Below are positions 7,311-17,733 of a stretch of 61,084 nt of DNA, one piece after another. A program made the position numbers and the translations under genes. Position 1 is the stretch's first letter; each line of letters starts with the position of its first letter. The notes under the pieces are model-generated. The model was not told the DNA's origin. It worked only from the letters and a program-made list of their open reading frames with translations, and searched no databases. This stretch comes from a virus (taxonomy: Duplodnaviria > Caudoviricetes), in the IMG/VR virus record IMGVR_UViG_3300021519_000011, positions 1 to 61,084 of that record; one strand, given 5' to 3'.

Positions 7311-8192
7311 ATGCGGATAACCAATAAATTTAATTTGCCTCAAACGTTTGTTAATGTATTGAGCCGAGATACTTACACCAAAGGTAAGGCGCATTTGTCC
7401 GCTACTGAGATTATTAATAGCCCGCAGATTGTGCAGCTTAAAGTATTACATGCTGATGAGATTGAGGTTGATGTAACCGATATGATCTGGTCTATCTTCG
7501 GTACGGCGGTTCATGCAGTATTAGAACAGGGCAAGGACGATAACCATATCGTAGAGGAAAGGTTACACGCTGAGATTGATGGTTGGAATATCTCTGGCGC
7601 AATTGATTTACAAATTGTGAATCCAAATGGCATAGAGGTTAACGATTATAAAACCGTAGGTGCATGGGGAGTAATGAATGAGAAAAAGGAATGGGAAGAG
7701 CAACTTAACATTTATGCTTGGTTGGTCGAAAAGGTTAAGAAAACGCCAGTCAATAAACTCAAGATTATTGCAATTGTTAGGGATTGGAACCGTAGGGACG
7801 CTATATCTCGTGCTGGCTATCCCGAAACTCCTGTTGCAATCATTGACATTTCTGTTTGGCCTATGCAAAGACGTGAAGAATTTATTCGTGATCGCATTCA
7901 CGCCCATTCAGAAGCCTTATTCGCAACGGAAACCGGCGGGGCATTGCCGCCCTGTAGTCCGGAAGATATGTGGGAAAAATCCACCGTCTTCGCCGTTAAA
8001 AAAGATGGAGCAGTAAGAGCAAAGATTTTATGTAGCACTTTAGAGGAAGCAGAAGAAGAGCTACAAAGGCTGGGGAAAGGTTTCTTTATAGAAACCCGAC
8101 CCGGAGAGAGAACACGATGCGCTAACTTTTGTCAAGTTAGTGGGTGGTGTAAGCAGTATCAAACTTACTTACAGGAGAAGCAAAATGATTAA
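7311..8192 (+). CDS. PD-(D/E)XK exonuclease (Cas4/RecB-like)
   Basis: GTAVHAVLE, ISGAIDL, DYKT, QLNIY, C-terminal RC..FC....WC. Confidence 0.85.
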   Translation: MRITNKFNLPQTFVNVLSRDTYTKGKAHLSATEIINSPQIVQLKVLHADEIEVDVTDMIWSIFGTAVHAVLEQGKDDNHIVEERLHAEIDGWNISGAIDLQIVNPNGIEVNDYKTVGAWGVMNEKKEWEEQLNIYAWLVEKVKKTPVNKLKIIAIVRDWNRRDAISRAGYPETPVAIIDISVWPMQRREEFIRDRIHAHSEALFATETGGALPPCSPEDMWEKSTVFAVKKDGAVRAKILCSTLEEAEEELQRLGKGFFIETRPGERTRCANFCQVSGWCKQYQTYLQEKQND

Positions 8193-8391
8193 ACGTATCG
8201 AAATTAAACACACCCCAATTCCAACTGGGCAATTGGCTAAAGAACTTGGTATTAATTTAAAGAAGGATTTTATTATTAGGAATTTGCGGATAAAGCCATT
8301 TCTTGATACCAAAATAACCGCTTATTGGGATGATGTTCCCTTGATTAGAGCAAGGCTTGGCGCTTACTTTACTAGAACTTCAAAGTTATAA
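8185..8391 (+). CDS. Hypothetical protein
   Basis: RBS AGGAG before the MIKRIE start. Confidence 0.55.
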   Translation: MIKRIEIKHTPIPTGQLAKELGINLKKDFIIRNLRIKPFLDTKITAYWDDVPLIRARLGAYFTRTSKL

Positions 8392-8402
8392 GGAGATAGG
8401 TT

Positions 8403-8621
8403 ATGTTTAAGAAAATATATTATTACCTTAAAAAAGAACTTTGGGGCGGAGATAAAGATTGGCAGCCAGCAAAGGACACTATTTACTACGGCATAATGAG
8501 TGACGAGGAGATAGCAGCTATGCGCAAGCGTAATGAAGTTGCTATGGCTAAAGCTAAGAAAAGCCTAGGTAAGAAGTGGTTGCTGCATCCAGCTAACAAG
8601 GTAGTAAAAAATGACGGCTAA
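8403..8621 (+). CDS. Hypothetical phage protein
   Basis: RBS AGGAG; operon position. Confidence 0.6.
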   Translation: MFKKIYYYLKKELWGGDKDWQPAKDTIYYGIMSDEEIAAMRKRNEVAMAKAKKSLGKKWLLHPANKVVKNDG

Positions 8622-8859
8622 TAACTTTCAAGTTGGTGGAGATCATTATTCAAAGAATGCAATCCAGCCTTGGGATTATATAGTTGCTAATGAACTCGGT
8701 TACCTTGAGGGGAACATTGTTAAATACATAACAAGGTGGCGAGATAAAGGCGGGTTACAGGATATTGATAAGGTAATCCACTATGCACAGAAGTTAAAAG
8801 AAGTAGAAACATTGAGGAACTTAAAAGAGGAATATGATGGAATACAAGGAACTGCGTAG
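8611..8859 (+). CDS. DUF3310 family protein (T7 gp1.7-like nucleotide kinase domain)
   Basis: QVGGDHY...IQPWDYI....L.YLEGNIVKYITRW..KGG.QD..K..HY. Confidence 0.85.
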   Translation: MTANNFQVGGDHYSKNAIQPWDYIVANELGYLEGNIVKYITRWRDKGGLQDIDKVIHYAQKLKEVETLRNLKEEYDGIQGTA

Positions 8860-9562
8860 TATTGATGTATCCAAGTACACAGAGAAGAAGAATGGCCTTA
8901 CTTATCTGTCTTGGGCATGGGCCGTGGATCAATTATTGCTAGCTGATCCTAAAGCGCACTGGTTTTATCCAGAGTTTCAGCGCTGGGGTAATGGAACCGT
9001 AATGGTGTTCTGTACTGTTGTAGCGAATGATATCGCCCGCACAGCGCAGTTGCCCGTTATGGATTACCGTAATAAGCCTATTGCTGAACCCGATTCATTT
9101 GCTGTTAATACGGCGATGCAGCGGGCTTTAGCTAAAGCGATTGCGCTCCACGGTATTGGCTTATATATCTACAACGGTGAAGATATTCCGCCTGAATTGG
9201 GGAATGATGTAACTATGGTGGAAACAAAGCCGGTTACAAAATCTATTACCATAGAGGCCAAACCGAATGAAGCAACAATTACCATTGCAAAACCAGAAGA
9301 TAAATCTCTATTTGCCAGCGAGAAGGTATCGGCAAAGCTACCCGGAGAATGGACTCTTAAACCAATTGGAGATGACTTTATCGGGTCGTTAAATGTTGGG
9401 CTGGATGCAATGCTGCAATTAGCCGCATCACCTGAAGATGTAGCTAATATCTTTAAGGTTAATCGTTCTGCTTTTGATAAAGCCAAGGCTCAGAATCTAG
9501 ATGCATACAACGAAATGATGGCTAAATTTACCGTAACCAAGAAATCTTTAACTAAGGAATAA
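8837..9562 (+). CDS. Sak3/DUF1071-like single-strand annealing recombinase
   Basis: EKKNGLTYLSWAWA, LPVMDYRNK, VNTAMQRALAKAIALHGIGLYIY.GED. Confidence 0.85.
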   Translation: MEYKELRSIDVSKYTEKKNGLTYLSWAWAVDQLLLADPKAHWFYPEFQRWGNGTVMVFCTVVANDIARTAQLPVMDYRNKPIAEPDSFAVNTAMQRALAKAIALHGIGLYIYNGEDIPPELGNDVTMVETKPVTKSITIEAKPNEATITIAKPEDKSLFASEKVSAKLPGEWTLKPIGDDFIGSLNVGLDAMLQLAASPEDVANIFKVNRSAFDKAKAQNLDAYNEMMAKFTVTKKSLTKE

Positions 9563-9564
9563 AA

Positions 9565-9834
9565 ATGGAATACCCAAACAAAGGATCGCTTTTCCCATCA
9601 ACAGTTCGCAAATCTGAGAAATCACCTGATTTTTTTGGCAGCATTAAGGTGGATCGTTCTTATCTACGCGATCTTATGGATAAGCACACTGAAGATCTTA
9701 TTGAAATTAAGTTATCTGGTTGGAAGCGCGAATCTAAAACTGGCAATCGGTTTTTATCATTAGCTGTAGATACCTATGTAAAACCTGAAGGCGCACCAGT
9801 TCCAAAATCTCAGGAGAAAGATCCGTGGGAATAA
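9565..9834 (+). CDS. Small ssDNA-binding-like protein (DUF736/PC4-like)
   Basis: NKGSLF...K.PDF.G, LSGW, FLSL, acidic DPW tail; follows the annealase. Confidence 0.55.
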   Translation: MEYPNKGSLFPSTVRKSEKSPDFFGSIKVDRSYLRDLMDKHTEDLIEIKLSGWKRESKTGNRFLSLAVDTYVKPEGAPVPKSQEKDPWE

Positions 9835-10100
9835 AGAAGGCTTTGAACAAAGAAAGCAAAAGGTTCTTTAGCTTTGAAGAAATTAATGAAGAGCTTGCCG
9901 CGCCCATACCAGTAGATTGGGAAAGGCTATGTAAACAGCTTCAGGCAGCATTAGCTAAGGAGATGTGCGAGAACCAAGATTTAGAGGCTGAAAGAGATAG
10001 GCTACTCATGGAAATGATAGAGCTAAAAGGCGTTATTAAGTATCTTGAAAAGCAACTAATTATCACGTTTGAAAGGACGTATGGAAACCAGCCAATTTGA
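9825..10100 (+). CDS. Hypothetical coiled-coil protein
   Basis: RBS AGGAG, GTG start. Confidence 0.6.
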   Translation: MGIKKALNKESKRFFSFEEINEELAAPIPVDWERLCKQLQAALAKEMCENQDLEAERDRLLMEMIELKGVIKYLEKQLIITFERTYGNQPI

Positions 10101-10497
10101 GGCCAAGAAGGTAGCTTTAAAGCAAACTAAGGACGGTCATGTACTTACCCTAGCAATACACCCTGATGATTCTCCAGAAGAGATTCTGAGGGATTTTGTA
10201 GGTGCTAGGTATATGGTAGTCATGGTTCGCTTGGCGGATACAGAAGTGCCATTCAATCGGGATGAGTTTGCGGGCGCCCAGATGGTGAAGCTGGCTGGCA
10301 TGTTATGTAGGGATTCCAAATTCTGGGATTACTTATATGAAGATGGGCAGCTATTTGAAACCAGCGAGGCCGCTTGTATTGATTGGTTACAGTCCTATTT
10401 AAGCGTACCATCTAGGGCTGAGATTAAAACTAACCTAGAAGCACAAGGTGCATTAAAGATTCTATATGCACAATACAAGGAATGGAAAAATGAGTGA
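10081..10497 (+). CDS. Conserved-looking hypothetical phage protein
   Basis: FEAKKVALKQ...AGMLCRD.KFW; RBS AAGGA. Confidence 0.7.
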   Translation: METSQFEAKKVALKQTKDGHVLTLAIHPDDSPEEILRDFVGARYMVVMVRLADTEVPFNRDEFAGAQMVKLAGMLCRDSKFWDYLYEDGQLFETSEAACIDWLQSYLSVPSRAEIKTNLEAQGALKILYAQYKEWKNE

Positions 10498-10777
10498 TGA
10501 TAATTTAGTGCCGTATAGCCTTTATTTGCCGCGAAAGCAGATAAACCAGCTTAAGGTTATGGCAAAGAACCGAAAGGCATCTTCTTTTATTAGGGATGCT
10601 TTGATTATGGCGTTGGAAAAGAACGATGCTTTTACAAGTGGATATAACAAAGGACTAAGAGATGCGTGTAAAGCTGTTGCCGATATCAAAGAATCCAACA
10701 TGATTGTTATTAAGGGTAAACCCTTAAGTGAAGTTCTTATTGAACAAATTCATATGCTAGAAGAAAATGGAAAATAA
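10490..10777 (+). CDS. Putative ribbon-helix-helix DNA-binding protein
   Basis: YSLYLP...LK.MA...ASSFIRDAL pattern. Confidence 0.5.
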   Translation: MSDDNLVPYSLYLPRKQINQLKVMAKNRKASSFIRDALIMALEKNDAFTSGYNKGLRDACKAVADIKESNMIVIKGKPLSEVLIEQIHMLEENGK

Positions 10778-10955
10778 AGATCGGGAACACATGAGGTTCT
10801 TAGCGGCTTGCTTTGCGTTAATGAATTGTGGAAATCCAAAGGCAGCAGTTAATCTTGCAGATGAATTATTGGAAGAATTGGATAACCAAAAAACAGGTGG
10901 CGGCATTGTTGATATTGTTCCTAAACGTAGGCGCAGGCCAAGGAGTGGCACATGA
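10767..10955 (+). CDS. Hypothetical protein
   Basis: Overlap-coupled ORF. Confidence 0.55.
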   Translation: MENKDREHMRFLAACFALMNCGNPKAAVNLADELLEELDNQKTGGGIVDIVPKRRRRPRSGT

Positions 10956-11057
10956 GCAATGATGAAATAGAAGAGGTTATACTAGCGTTGAAAGCAGCAG
11001 GTATGCAAATGCCTGAATACGAAATTTTGCCGGACGGGTCATATCACTTTTTTCAAA

Positions 11058-11309
11058 ATGGACAAGCGAAACTTAATACTACAGTACATAGCCAAGAACC
11101 CCGGAGTCCTATCAATTGATATTAATGTAGGGTTAAATAGAGCTTCTGTTGGCGCCCATACTAAAGCCCTAATGGACGACGGCAAATTAATCAGAGACGA
11201 ATCCAACGGTTGGCATATAGCCAAGGATTATGTTGTAGATTTTGAAAGAAATACACCCATAGATATAGCCAGTGAACACATTAGAAAAATGATTGATGTA
11301 CCGAAATAA
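11058..11309 (+). CDS. Putative winged-helix DNA-binding protein
   Basis: ILQYIAKNPG...GLNRASV..H...L...GKL. Confidence 0.5.
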   Translation: MDKRNLILQYIAKNPGVLSIDINVGLNRASVGAHTKALMDDGKLIRDESNGWHIAKDYVVDFERNTPIDIASEHIRKMIDVPK

Positions 11310-11583
11310 GAAACTATTAGAAATTGTACGAGAATCTCCTTGCCAAAATTGCGGAATACAAGACAACACGATTGTTGCGGCGCACAGTAACCAGCTTCGC
11401 GACGGTAAGGGTAGAGGACTTAAATGTAGCGATTACAGAATTGCGGCCTTGTGCTATCGCTGCCATTCGGATCTCGACCAAGGAAGATCGTTATCTAAGG
11501 ACCAAAGGGTTGAGATGTTCGAGAGTGCGCACCGTGCCACCATTGGTTGGCTTTTTGAAAACGAACATATTGTAATAAAATGA
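11293..11583 (+). CDS. DUF1364/DUF968-like Zn-binding HNH-type nuclease
   Basis: PCQNCG...VAAHSN...GKG.G.K..D...A.LC..CH..LD. Confidence 0.75.
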   Translation: MMYRNKKLLEIVRESPCQNCGIQDNTIVAAHSNQLRDGKGRGLKCSDYRIAALCYRCHSDLDQGRSLSKDQRVEMFESAHRATIGWLFENEHIVIK

Positions 11584-11664
11584 GAGGCGCTGTGGACTAA
11601 TGCAGCGTACTTACTGATAGAAGGAGTTCTGATTGTTTCCAGTTCACCTCTCCAGATTAGTGTA

Positions 11665-12018
11665 CTACAACTCTAAAGGATCAAACCCCAATTCAGTAGC
11701 TATAGAATGCGCCCGCCTACGGAACGTTGCGTCATGCTTTGTCCATGCATCAGATACAGTTCCTGATCTGGACATATGAATCATTTCATGCGCCATCGTC
11801 CTAATAACTGTATCTAAATGCCCGCAACGTGCATCTGAGATAGTAATAATATGCTCGTGCTTTTCCCCGTCATCGTACAGATACGAACCCATAGTTTCTG
11901 GATCCGTTTCCACGACAAACTTAATCTGTTCCGGCAATGGTAACGACCACTTCATAAATGGTTCGCAACAGTACAGGGTGGAATAGATATTTTTAAGGAT
12001 TTGGGTAGTAAGTTTCAT
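11665..12018 (-). CDS. SprT-like zinc metallopeptidase
   Basis: TMAHEMIH (HExxH) followed by H...F. Confidence 0.75.
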   Translation of the reverse strand: MKLTTQILKNIYSTLYCCEPFMKWSLPLPEQIKFVVETDPETMGSYLYDDGEKHEHIITISDARCGHLDTVIRTMAHEMIHMSRSGTVSDAWTKHDATFRRRAHSIATELGFDPLEL

Positions 12019-12977
12019 GTTTGGTTAATACAGCCGCGGAATTCAAAACGATTTTCCCCGCATACTTGAATTAACTCAGGAAGCATAAGCCTTCCCTCTT
12101 CAAACGATAACAGGGCAAAACCGGAGCGCCAATCTTTAGGGCCATCCTCAGTATATCCCATGTACTGCTCTCCATTGGGATCCGATAGGGTACCTGTTTG
12201 GACGCCATAGCGGGTTCCGTTGTAATCGGTTAGGGGCTGTACAGCCAGATTGTGGGTATGGCCTGTAATCATGTTTACGCCCGCATTGAGGGCATTTGAC
12301 CTACCAGCGCCAAATCCACCCTTCCAGCGGTGCTTAATACAGGTATCTTCATTTACCCAGTACGACCAACAAGGAAGCCAATGGGGGAAGTGATCTTTAA
12401 GGGTAAACCCTGATACTCCCTCGTATTGGGGTGCCTGAGCCGCTAGGAACGTTTCAAAGCGGGCGTCATGGTTACCCATTGTCCATATCAATTCAGCGCC
12501 TACAGAGGCCTTTTGAATGCCTTCCATGAATGTTTGGCAAGCCTCAAGCTCTTCCTTTACGGTTGGGCTTTTGGACCAGCCAATTCTGGGGTGCCGTGAG
12601 TTCTGTGATCCATCAAACATATCTCCATTGGCAACAACTACTTTGGGTTGGAATTCCTTAATGATAATAAGTAAAGCCTGATAAGCCGTGGTGTAATCGT
12701 CAGGCCAGAAATGAGCATCACTGAATACTACAACCCGGCCTTTTTCCATCTCTATGCCGCGACGGGCATGACCAACGGTTTGTTCTAATTTTTTAGGTGC
12801 GGTATATCTGCTGTCCTTCAGAGTGGGGAGGCTTATCTGGTGCCTTGCCTCAATTGATCTGCGCCTATTGTGGACAGATCGGACGTCCATGCCGTGCTTT
12901 GAAGCAAACTTAATGGGACTACTAATAATGTTCCATTCGTTAATAAACTCTAAGTCCGTCAAGTAATATCCAGCCAT
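12015..12977 (-). CDS. Calcineurin-like metallophosphoesterase
   Basis: SDAH, NGDMFD, GNHD and GHTH motifs. Confidence 0.9.
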   Translation of the reverse strand: MAGYYLTDLEFINEWNIISSPIKFASKHGMDVRSVHNRRRSIEARHQISLPTLKDSRYTAPKKLEQTVGHARRGIEMEKGRVVVFSDAHFWPDDYTTAYQALLIIIKEFQPKVVVANGDMFDGSQNSRHPRIGWSKSPTVKEELEACQTFMEGIQKASVGAELIWTMGNHDARFETFLAAQAPQYEGVSGFTLKDHFPHWLPCWSYWVNEDTCIKHRWKGGFGAGRSNALNAGVNMITGHTHNLAVQPLTDYNGTRYGVQTGTLSDPNGEQYMGYTEDGPKDWRSGFALLSFEEGRLMLPELIQVCGENRFEFRGCINQT

Positions 12978-13068
12978 CAGTCCTCTCCTCTATCATGTGG
13001 TTAGATAGCGTTTTACCACAAGTAAATTAAATTATCATTACATTTATATGATTTATAAGGGTATTCAC

Positions 13069-16000
13069 TTACTCTTGTGTTGCTTTTATTCTTTCATTTA
13101 ATCTGGTCATGATTTGTTGTTTACGATCATCTAGTAATTTAATCTGATCTTCATCAGCGCCCATCTTGCGCATTTGCTTCTGGCGTTTATTGATTGCAGA
13201 TATTTGATTTTCAGAGTTATTAGCTTTTTGCCATAAGCGGGCATCAGGATTTTCTTTCATATACTCAGCAACGTTTTCTTTGCGTTCCCGCATTCCTTTA
13301 ATGGTAGCTTCGTGTTCTGCCATTTTGGTTACATTGTCATAGAAATGTTGAGAATTAGCGGCTGGTGATTGGGTATCGCCATAGAATCTGCCAGCCAAAG
13401 GAATATTATAAGAAGCAAGATCTTCTGTTTTTCCTTCAACAACTGCTGTAGCAGTTTTGCCAATTTTCATGGCTTCCCTACCTACGCCACCAGTAGCCTG
13501 CCCCACCAAGTAATCTAATTGATCTGCTGTTGGGCTTAAAAAACCCTTAGTATCTTCTGTGCCGCCAGTAATATAGTTAATTGCTTCTGCAACATGCTTA
13601 TTGATATCGCTAGATTGCTCGCGTGAACGGCTTAAACCGGTGGTTGGAGATGTTGTACGGTCCAATTTAGCAATTGGCCTACCAAATGGATCTCTGTTTG
13701 TAGCCAAAGCTACTACCGGATCTAGCGCTGTAGGAGCAATCGTTTGTAATGATAGATCTCCACCGCCCAATGGGTTAAATGAATCGGCTATTACAGCAGC
13801 CATATTGCCCGCATGTTTATTAAAATCTCCGTGCAAACCAGTTTCAACCACAATACGGCCTATGTTTGGCAGGAAATGCAATCCTAAAGGATATGGAATA
13901 GCAAGATATTTTCCATCTGGGGTTGGAATAATTAAATTTCTAGATTTTACAAACTCTGGTGGATCGTTATCGCCAAAGCCAGCCATCTCCATCATGCCAG
14001 CCTGAAGCGCGCCCAAACCTATACCACCCAAAACAATTTTTTTACCAGCGGGGCCTTTTAAGGTTTGTGCCATACGAGCAGTACCTTGAGCAGACGCATT
14101 AAAAAACGCAAAGTAATTGTTTACTGCTTGACCATAAGCGCCCTTGCGGTCAAAGTTTACGGTTAATTCTTTAGCAATAGTGGCTGACTTTTGAGCAGAT
14201 ATATTTTTATCTCTTGCTACTTTATATGCAGATAGACGAATTGCATTTTCAATAGAATCGTTAAAGTCTGAAAGACCTTTAAAAAATCCACTAGCCATTT
14301 TTTTTGCTGCATTGCTATTAAGTTTTTTAATGTGTTCATTAATAACATTTTCTTGATCTGCACGTCTTGAAAGCTGTTCACGATATAAAGTTTGACCGCC
14401 ATTTTCCCTAAACTCTTTGTATAGCTTTCCTAAATCAGTATCAGGGTATTCACCAGTACGCATGGTGTGCCAAATAGTACCCATAGCAGACTTAATTCCA
14501 CCGGCAACTTTAGATTGCTGTCCAGCAAGTTCTGTATTAGAAAGGTTTGCCATAGCCGAACCAAAGTCACGCGTAAAGTTTATTACTCCAAACACCGGGT
14601 TCCATTGAGTATTAACTTTAGCCATCCATTGTGTAACTTTTCCAACCTGTTGCCCAAACAATCCAACCGTAGGAGTATCCATGCCGCGAAAAGCTTTAGC
14701 CATATTTGCAGATACTGGGTTTTTGGTATTAAAGAAAAGGTAACTATCTTCACCATTAATGCGAATAGGTAATACATTATCTTTATACCGTTCTAATGGA
14801 TTGGTTTTATAAACTACCTCATCAAGACCGGTTTTTTTGTTTTTTGCCAATGTACGAGTTTGTCTTTCAATCATCATCCCTACAATATCGTCCCCATTTA
14901 ATCCCATATTATCCAGTTCTCTTGCAAGCAATTCAGGATTTTTTATGGCTTTAGGACTTACTGGTATTGCAAGATCTGGGTTTGGATACTTAACAAACAT
15001 ACCAAACAAAGCATGATCAACTTTCATCTTTGCTGAATTTTCAATAGCAACTTCTCGTTGTCCAACTATGCTGTTTAAAATGTCCAATACTTCGCGTTCA
15101 GAACCCATGGCCCGTTTTTCAAATATGTTTTTAGTAGCCATTCCTTTTCCGCCTAGGGGACTTCTCATAAACTCTTCTTCCATATCGCGCTGCAATGGAA
15201 CGTATTCGTCTCCATATGTGTTACGCCAAGAATCAACTTCTTCTTGTGTTTTTTGTCCACTTTTAAGAAGGATTTCTTGTGTTTCTCTAACTATCTTATA
15301 AACATCCTTAGCAACATTTTCTAGGGCTGCTTTTTTATCTTTTGGTAGATTATCAAGATATGCTTTAGCATCGTCGGTATGAATACCAGAACCTTTATTT
15401 TTTAAAGCATATTCATGGACTGTTCCATCGGCATCTACAACATCTGGATTGACCTTGTTCATCTGCTTGTTACGTTGTTCTGCATGTTTATTATGCAGAT
15501 AATCAGTAACTTCTTTTGTAGTCAAATTAAGTTCATCTATTTTTTTAGCTAATGGTTGAAGATCTTTGCTGTTAAATTTTTCAAATTGATTGGCAGCGTC
15601 ACTTTTCCACAACCCGTCTTTTTGATACGGATTAAATTGTTCTGAAATTTCCCCAAATTTATTTTTAATGGCAGCAACTGTACGTTTTAAATCAATATGT
15701 TTATCTTGAAATTTGCGGATAATATTTTCTTGTATCCACGTATTTGGAGAAACGTCATAACTAGGCTCAGTAGTTTTTGGTAAATTTTTAATGTCTACTT
15801 CTGGAAACGCATTTTTCCACTGACCAATGTTTCTTTTGTTTACGCTAGAAAGCACATTTTTGGCGGGGGCTTTTTGAGCTTCAGTTTCAAACTTGGCTTC
15901 TGCAGACGTTTTAATTCTTTCCCCAGTTAACTTGTTAGTTGCAGCGGCTTGGAATATATCGTTTTCATTTTGGAATCCACGACCGCGGAATACATTACCG

Positions 16001-17724
16001 ATGCGCTTAAGAGTGCCAACAGCCCTAGACATAATAGATTTAATTTCTGAAGGTTGCGTTCTATAGTCTGCAAATGCTTTAGCAATAGCTTCTTCATGTT
16101 GAGCATCTTTAGCAAGATGGATGTAGTCTTTTTCAATCTTGTATTTTTGCAACCAATTTTTTTCTGCTTTGGCTGAAAGAATTTTCCATTCATTATCAGA
16201 AAAGAATCCATGATCTTTCATTGCATGTAAAGATTCATGATTCATTGTGCGCGGAATATTTTTACCTTGTAAAGACAGGGTAATCATATCTTTAAGATAT
16301 TGCCCGGTAATGGGTTGTAGACGACCGTTTACATAACCCTGCAAAGAATCTTGAAGACTTAAGCCAATATGGTCTAAACCCATTTGATTCAAAGACGATC
16401 TTAGGGTTTTCCCTAACTCTTCATGTTCTGCTGATAATTTCTCTGTTGGAGGGGCTAAAACTTCTTCGGCTGCTGGTGCAGCAGTTTTTGTTGCAATTGG
16501 TTCTGTAATGGTTGCTGGCGCCTCTAAAGTAGATTCTGTAGATGCTTTAACTTCTGGCGTTGTAATATCCGGCGGCGTTACAACTGTAGATTTTTCTACA
16601 TTAGGCTCAATCTTAATAGGAACAACTGAATCAACTTTATCCATTCCAATATATTCATACGCTGGATTACCGTTTTCTAATACGCCAGTACCGGTTTTAA
16701 TAAATTTTCCATCTTTATTTTCAGTTACCACACCTTGGGATGTTATTTTTTCTCCATTTAAATTTGTAAAAGAGTAATCCACTGGAGTTCCATCCGGGAT
16801 ATCTTTTGCAGCCATAACAACTGGAGCTTCTTCAATGGGTTTGATGGGAACACTAACGGTTTCTCCCGGCTTTGAAACCATATCCATCATAACTTGATAA
16901 TCTTGAGAGGCGGACTTTGGGGCAACCTCAGCGGACTCTATACCAGCGCTAGGAGGGATTTCAATTTCTTCTTTAGGGATAGTCTCACCCGGACGGCGCA
17001 ATGCGTTTAAAGAAGCTTTGGTAGCTGCTGATGCTGGTATTTCTCCTATGCGGGTTAACCCTCGTCCAAGAGAAGTTTCTTTCTGCCCTAAAGCGCCACC
17101 TAATCCAGCAATACCAACCTTAGTCCAGTCAATAGGTTCTTCACCCATAGCTTCTTGACCAGCTTGTACACCAGCACCAACACCAGTATTAAGTATGGCG
17201 TTTGAAATTGCCGCTGATTTTTCTGCTGCCAGTCTTTCTGCTGCGGCCGCCTCTAATCCTTTGCCACTTCTAAACAATGCGCCACTTGGACGGAATGCTA
17301 ATAGGTTTGGAGCAATTTCTCCAGCCATAGACGAATAAGGGTTAGCTTTTGTTTCTTTTGCAAATGTAGCTGGGTCTAACCCTATGGCTTTAGCAAAGTC
17401 AGGATTTGCTTCTAAGAATTTTTCTTGTGCAGCAGCGGCAGCGGCAGAACCAGCAAAACCCGCTCCAAGCCCACCTGCAATAGCTCCAACTGGGCCAGCT
17501 ACCATACCAGCAGTAGCACCAGCAGCGCCTGAAATAATACCAGCGGCTGCGGGTAACGCGCCGCGTAATACTCCATGCCCAAAAGATCCTAATGCGCTAG
17601 TTTCTGATTCTTGTGGTTGGGCTTGAAATTGACGGATCATTGCCGCAATTTCTCTAGCATCATCTACATTACCAGCAGCATCTGCTTTTTCCAAGGCAGA
17701 AAACATTTGATTTAAATCAGCCAT
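13069..17724 (-). CDS. Large internal virion / DNA ejection protein with LPD38-like C-terminus
   Basis: 1551 aa; AKELTVNF.RKG, F.FFNA..QG, N.D.FGRPI motifs; HESLH motif in the middle. Confidence 0.7.
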   Translation of the reverse strand: MADLNQMFSALEKADAAGNVDDAREIAAMIRQFQAQPQESETSALGSFGHGVLRGALPAAAGIISGAAGATAGMVAGPVGAIAGGLGAGFAGSAAAAAAQEKFLEANPDFAKAIGLDPATFAKETKANPYSSMAGEIAPNLLAFRPSGALFRSGKGLEAAAAERLAAEKSAAISNAILNTGVGAGVQAGQEAMGEEPIDWTKVGIAGLGGALGQKETSLGRGLTRIGEIPASAATKASLNALRRPGETIPKEEIEIPPSAGIESAEVAPKSASQDYQVMMDMVSKPGETVSVPIKPIEEAPVVMAAKDIPDGTPVDYSFTNLNGEKITSQGVVTENKDGKFIKTGTGVLENGNPAYEYIGMDKVDSVVPIKIEPNVEKSTVVTPPDITTPEVKASTESTLEAPATITEPIATKTAAPAAEEVLAPPTEKLSAEHEELGKTLRSSLNQMGLDHIGLSLQDSLQGYVNGRLQPITGQYLKDMITLSLQGKNIPRTMNHESLHAMKDHGFFSDNEWKILSAKAEKNWLQKYKIEKDYIHLAKDAQHEEAIAKAFADYRTQPSEIKSIMSRAVGTLKRIGNVFRGRGFQNENDIFQAAATNKLTGERIKTSAEAKFETEAQKAPAKNVLSSVNKRNIGQWKNAFPEVDIKNLPKTTEPSYDVSPNTWIQENIIRKFQDKHIDLKRTVAAIKNKFGEISEQFNPYQKDGLWKSDAANQFEKFNSKDLQPLAKKIDELNLTTKEVTDYLHNKHAEQRNKQMNKVNPDVVDADGTVHEYALKNKGSGIHTDDAKAYLDNLPKDKKAALENVAKDVYKIVRETQEILLKSGQKTQEEVDSWRNTYGDEYVPLQRDMEEEFMRSPLGGKGMATKNIFEKRAMGSEREVLDILNSIVGQREVAIENSAKMKVDHALFGMFVKYPNPDLAIPVSPKAIKNPELLARELDNMGLNGDDIVGMMIERQTRTLAKNKKTGLDEVVYKTNPLERYKDNVLPIRINGEDSYLFFNTKNPVSANMAKAFRGMDTPTVGLFGQQVGKVTQWMAKVNTQWNPVFGVINFTRDFGSAMANLSNTELAGQQSKVAGGIKSAMGTIWHTMRTGEYPDTDLGKLYKEFRENGGQTLYREQLSRRADQENVINEHIKKLNSNAAKKMASGFFKGLSDFNDSIENAIRLSAYKVARDKNISAQKSATIAKELTVNFDRKGAYGQAVNNYFAFFNASAQGTARMAQTLKGPAGKKIVLGGIGLGALQAGMMEMAGFGDNDPPEFVKSRNLIIPTPDGKYLAIPYPLGLHFLPNIGRIVVETGLHGDFNKHAGNMAAVIADSFNPLGGGDLSLQTIAPTALDPVVALATNRDPFGRPIAKLDRTTSPTTGLSRSREQSSDINKHVAEAINYITGGTEDTKGFLSPTADQLDYLVGQATGGVGREAMKIGKTATAVVEGKTEDLASYNIPLAGRFYGDTQSPAANSQHFYDNVTKMAEHEATIKGMRERKENVAEYMKENPDARLWQKANNSENQISAINKRQKQMRKMGADEDQIKLLDDRKQQIMTRLNERIKATQE

Positions 17725-17733
17725 TACTAACCT

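Noticed and set aside
7311-8192. Cas4-like nuclease as sign of a CRISPR-Cas system
   Set aside because: No array or other cas genes; its context with Sak3 and SSB indicates recombination.
11582-11664. Paired segments between convergent genes (GAGAGG/CCTCTC, CGCTG/CAGCG) with CTGATAGA
   Set aside because: The hammerhead core is not matched and the stems are short; no family can be supported.
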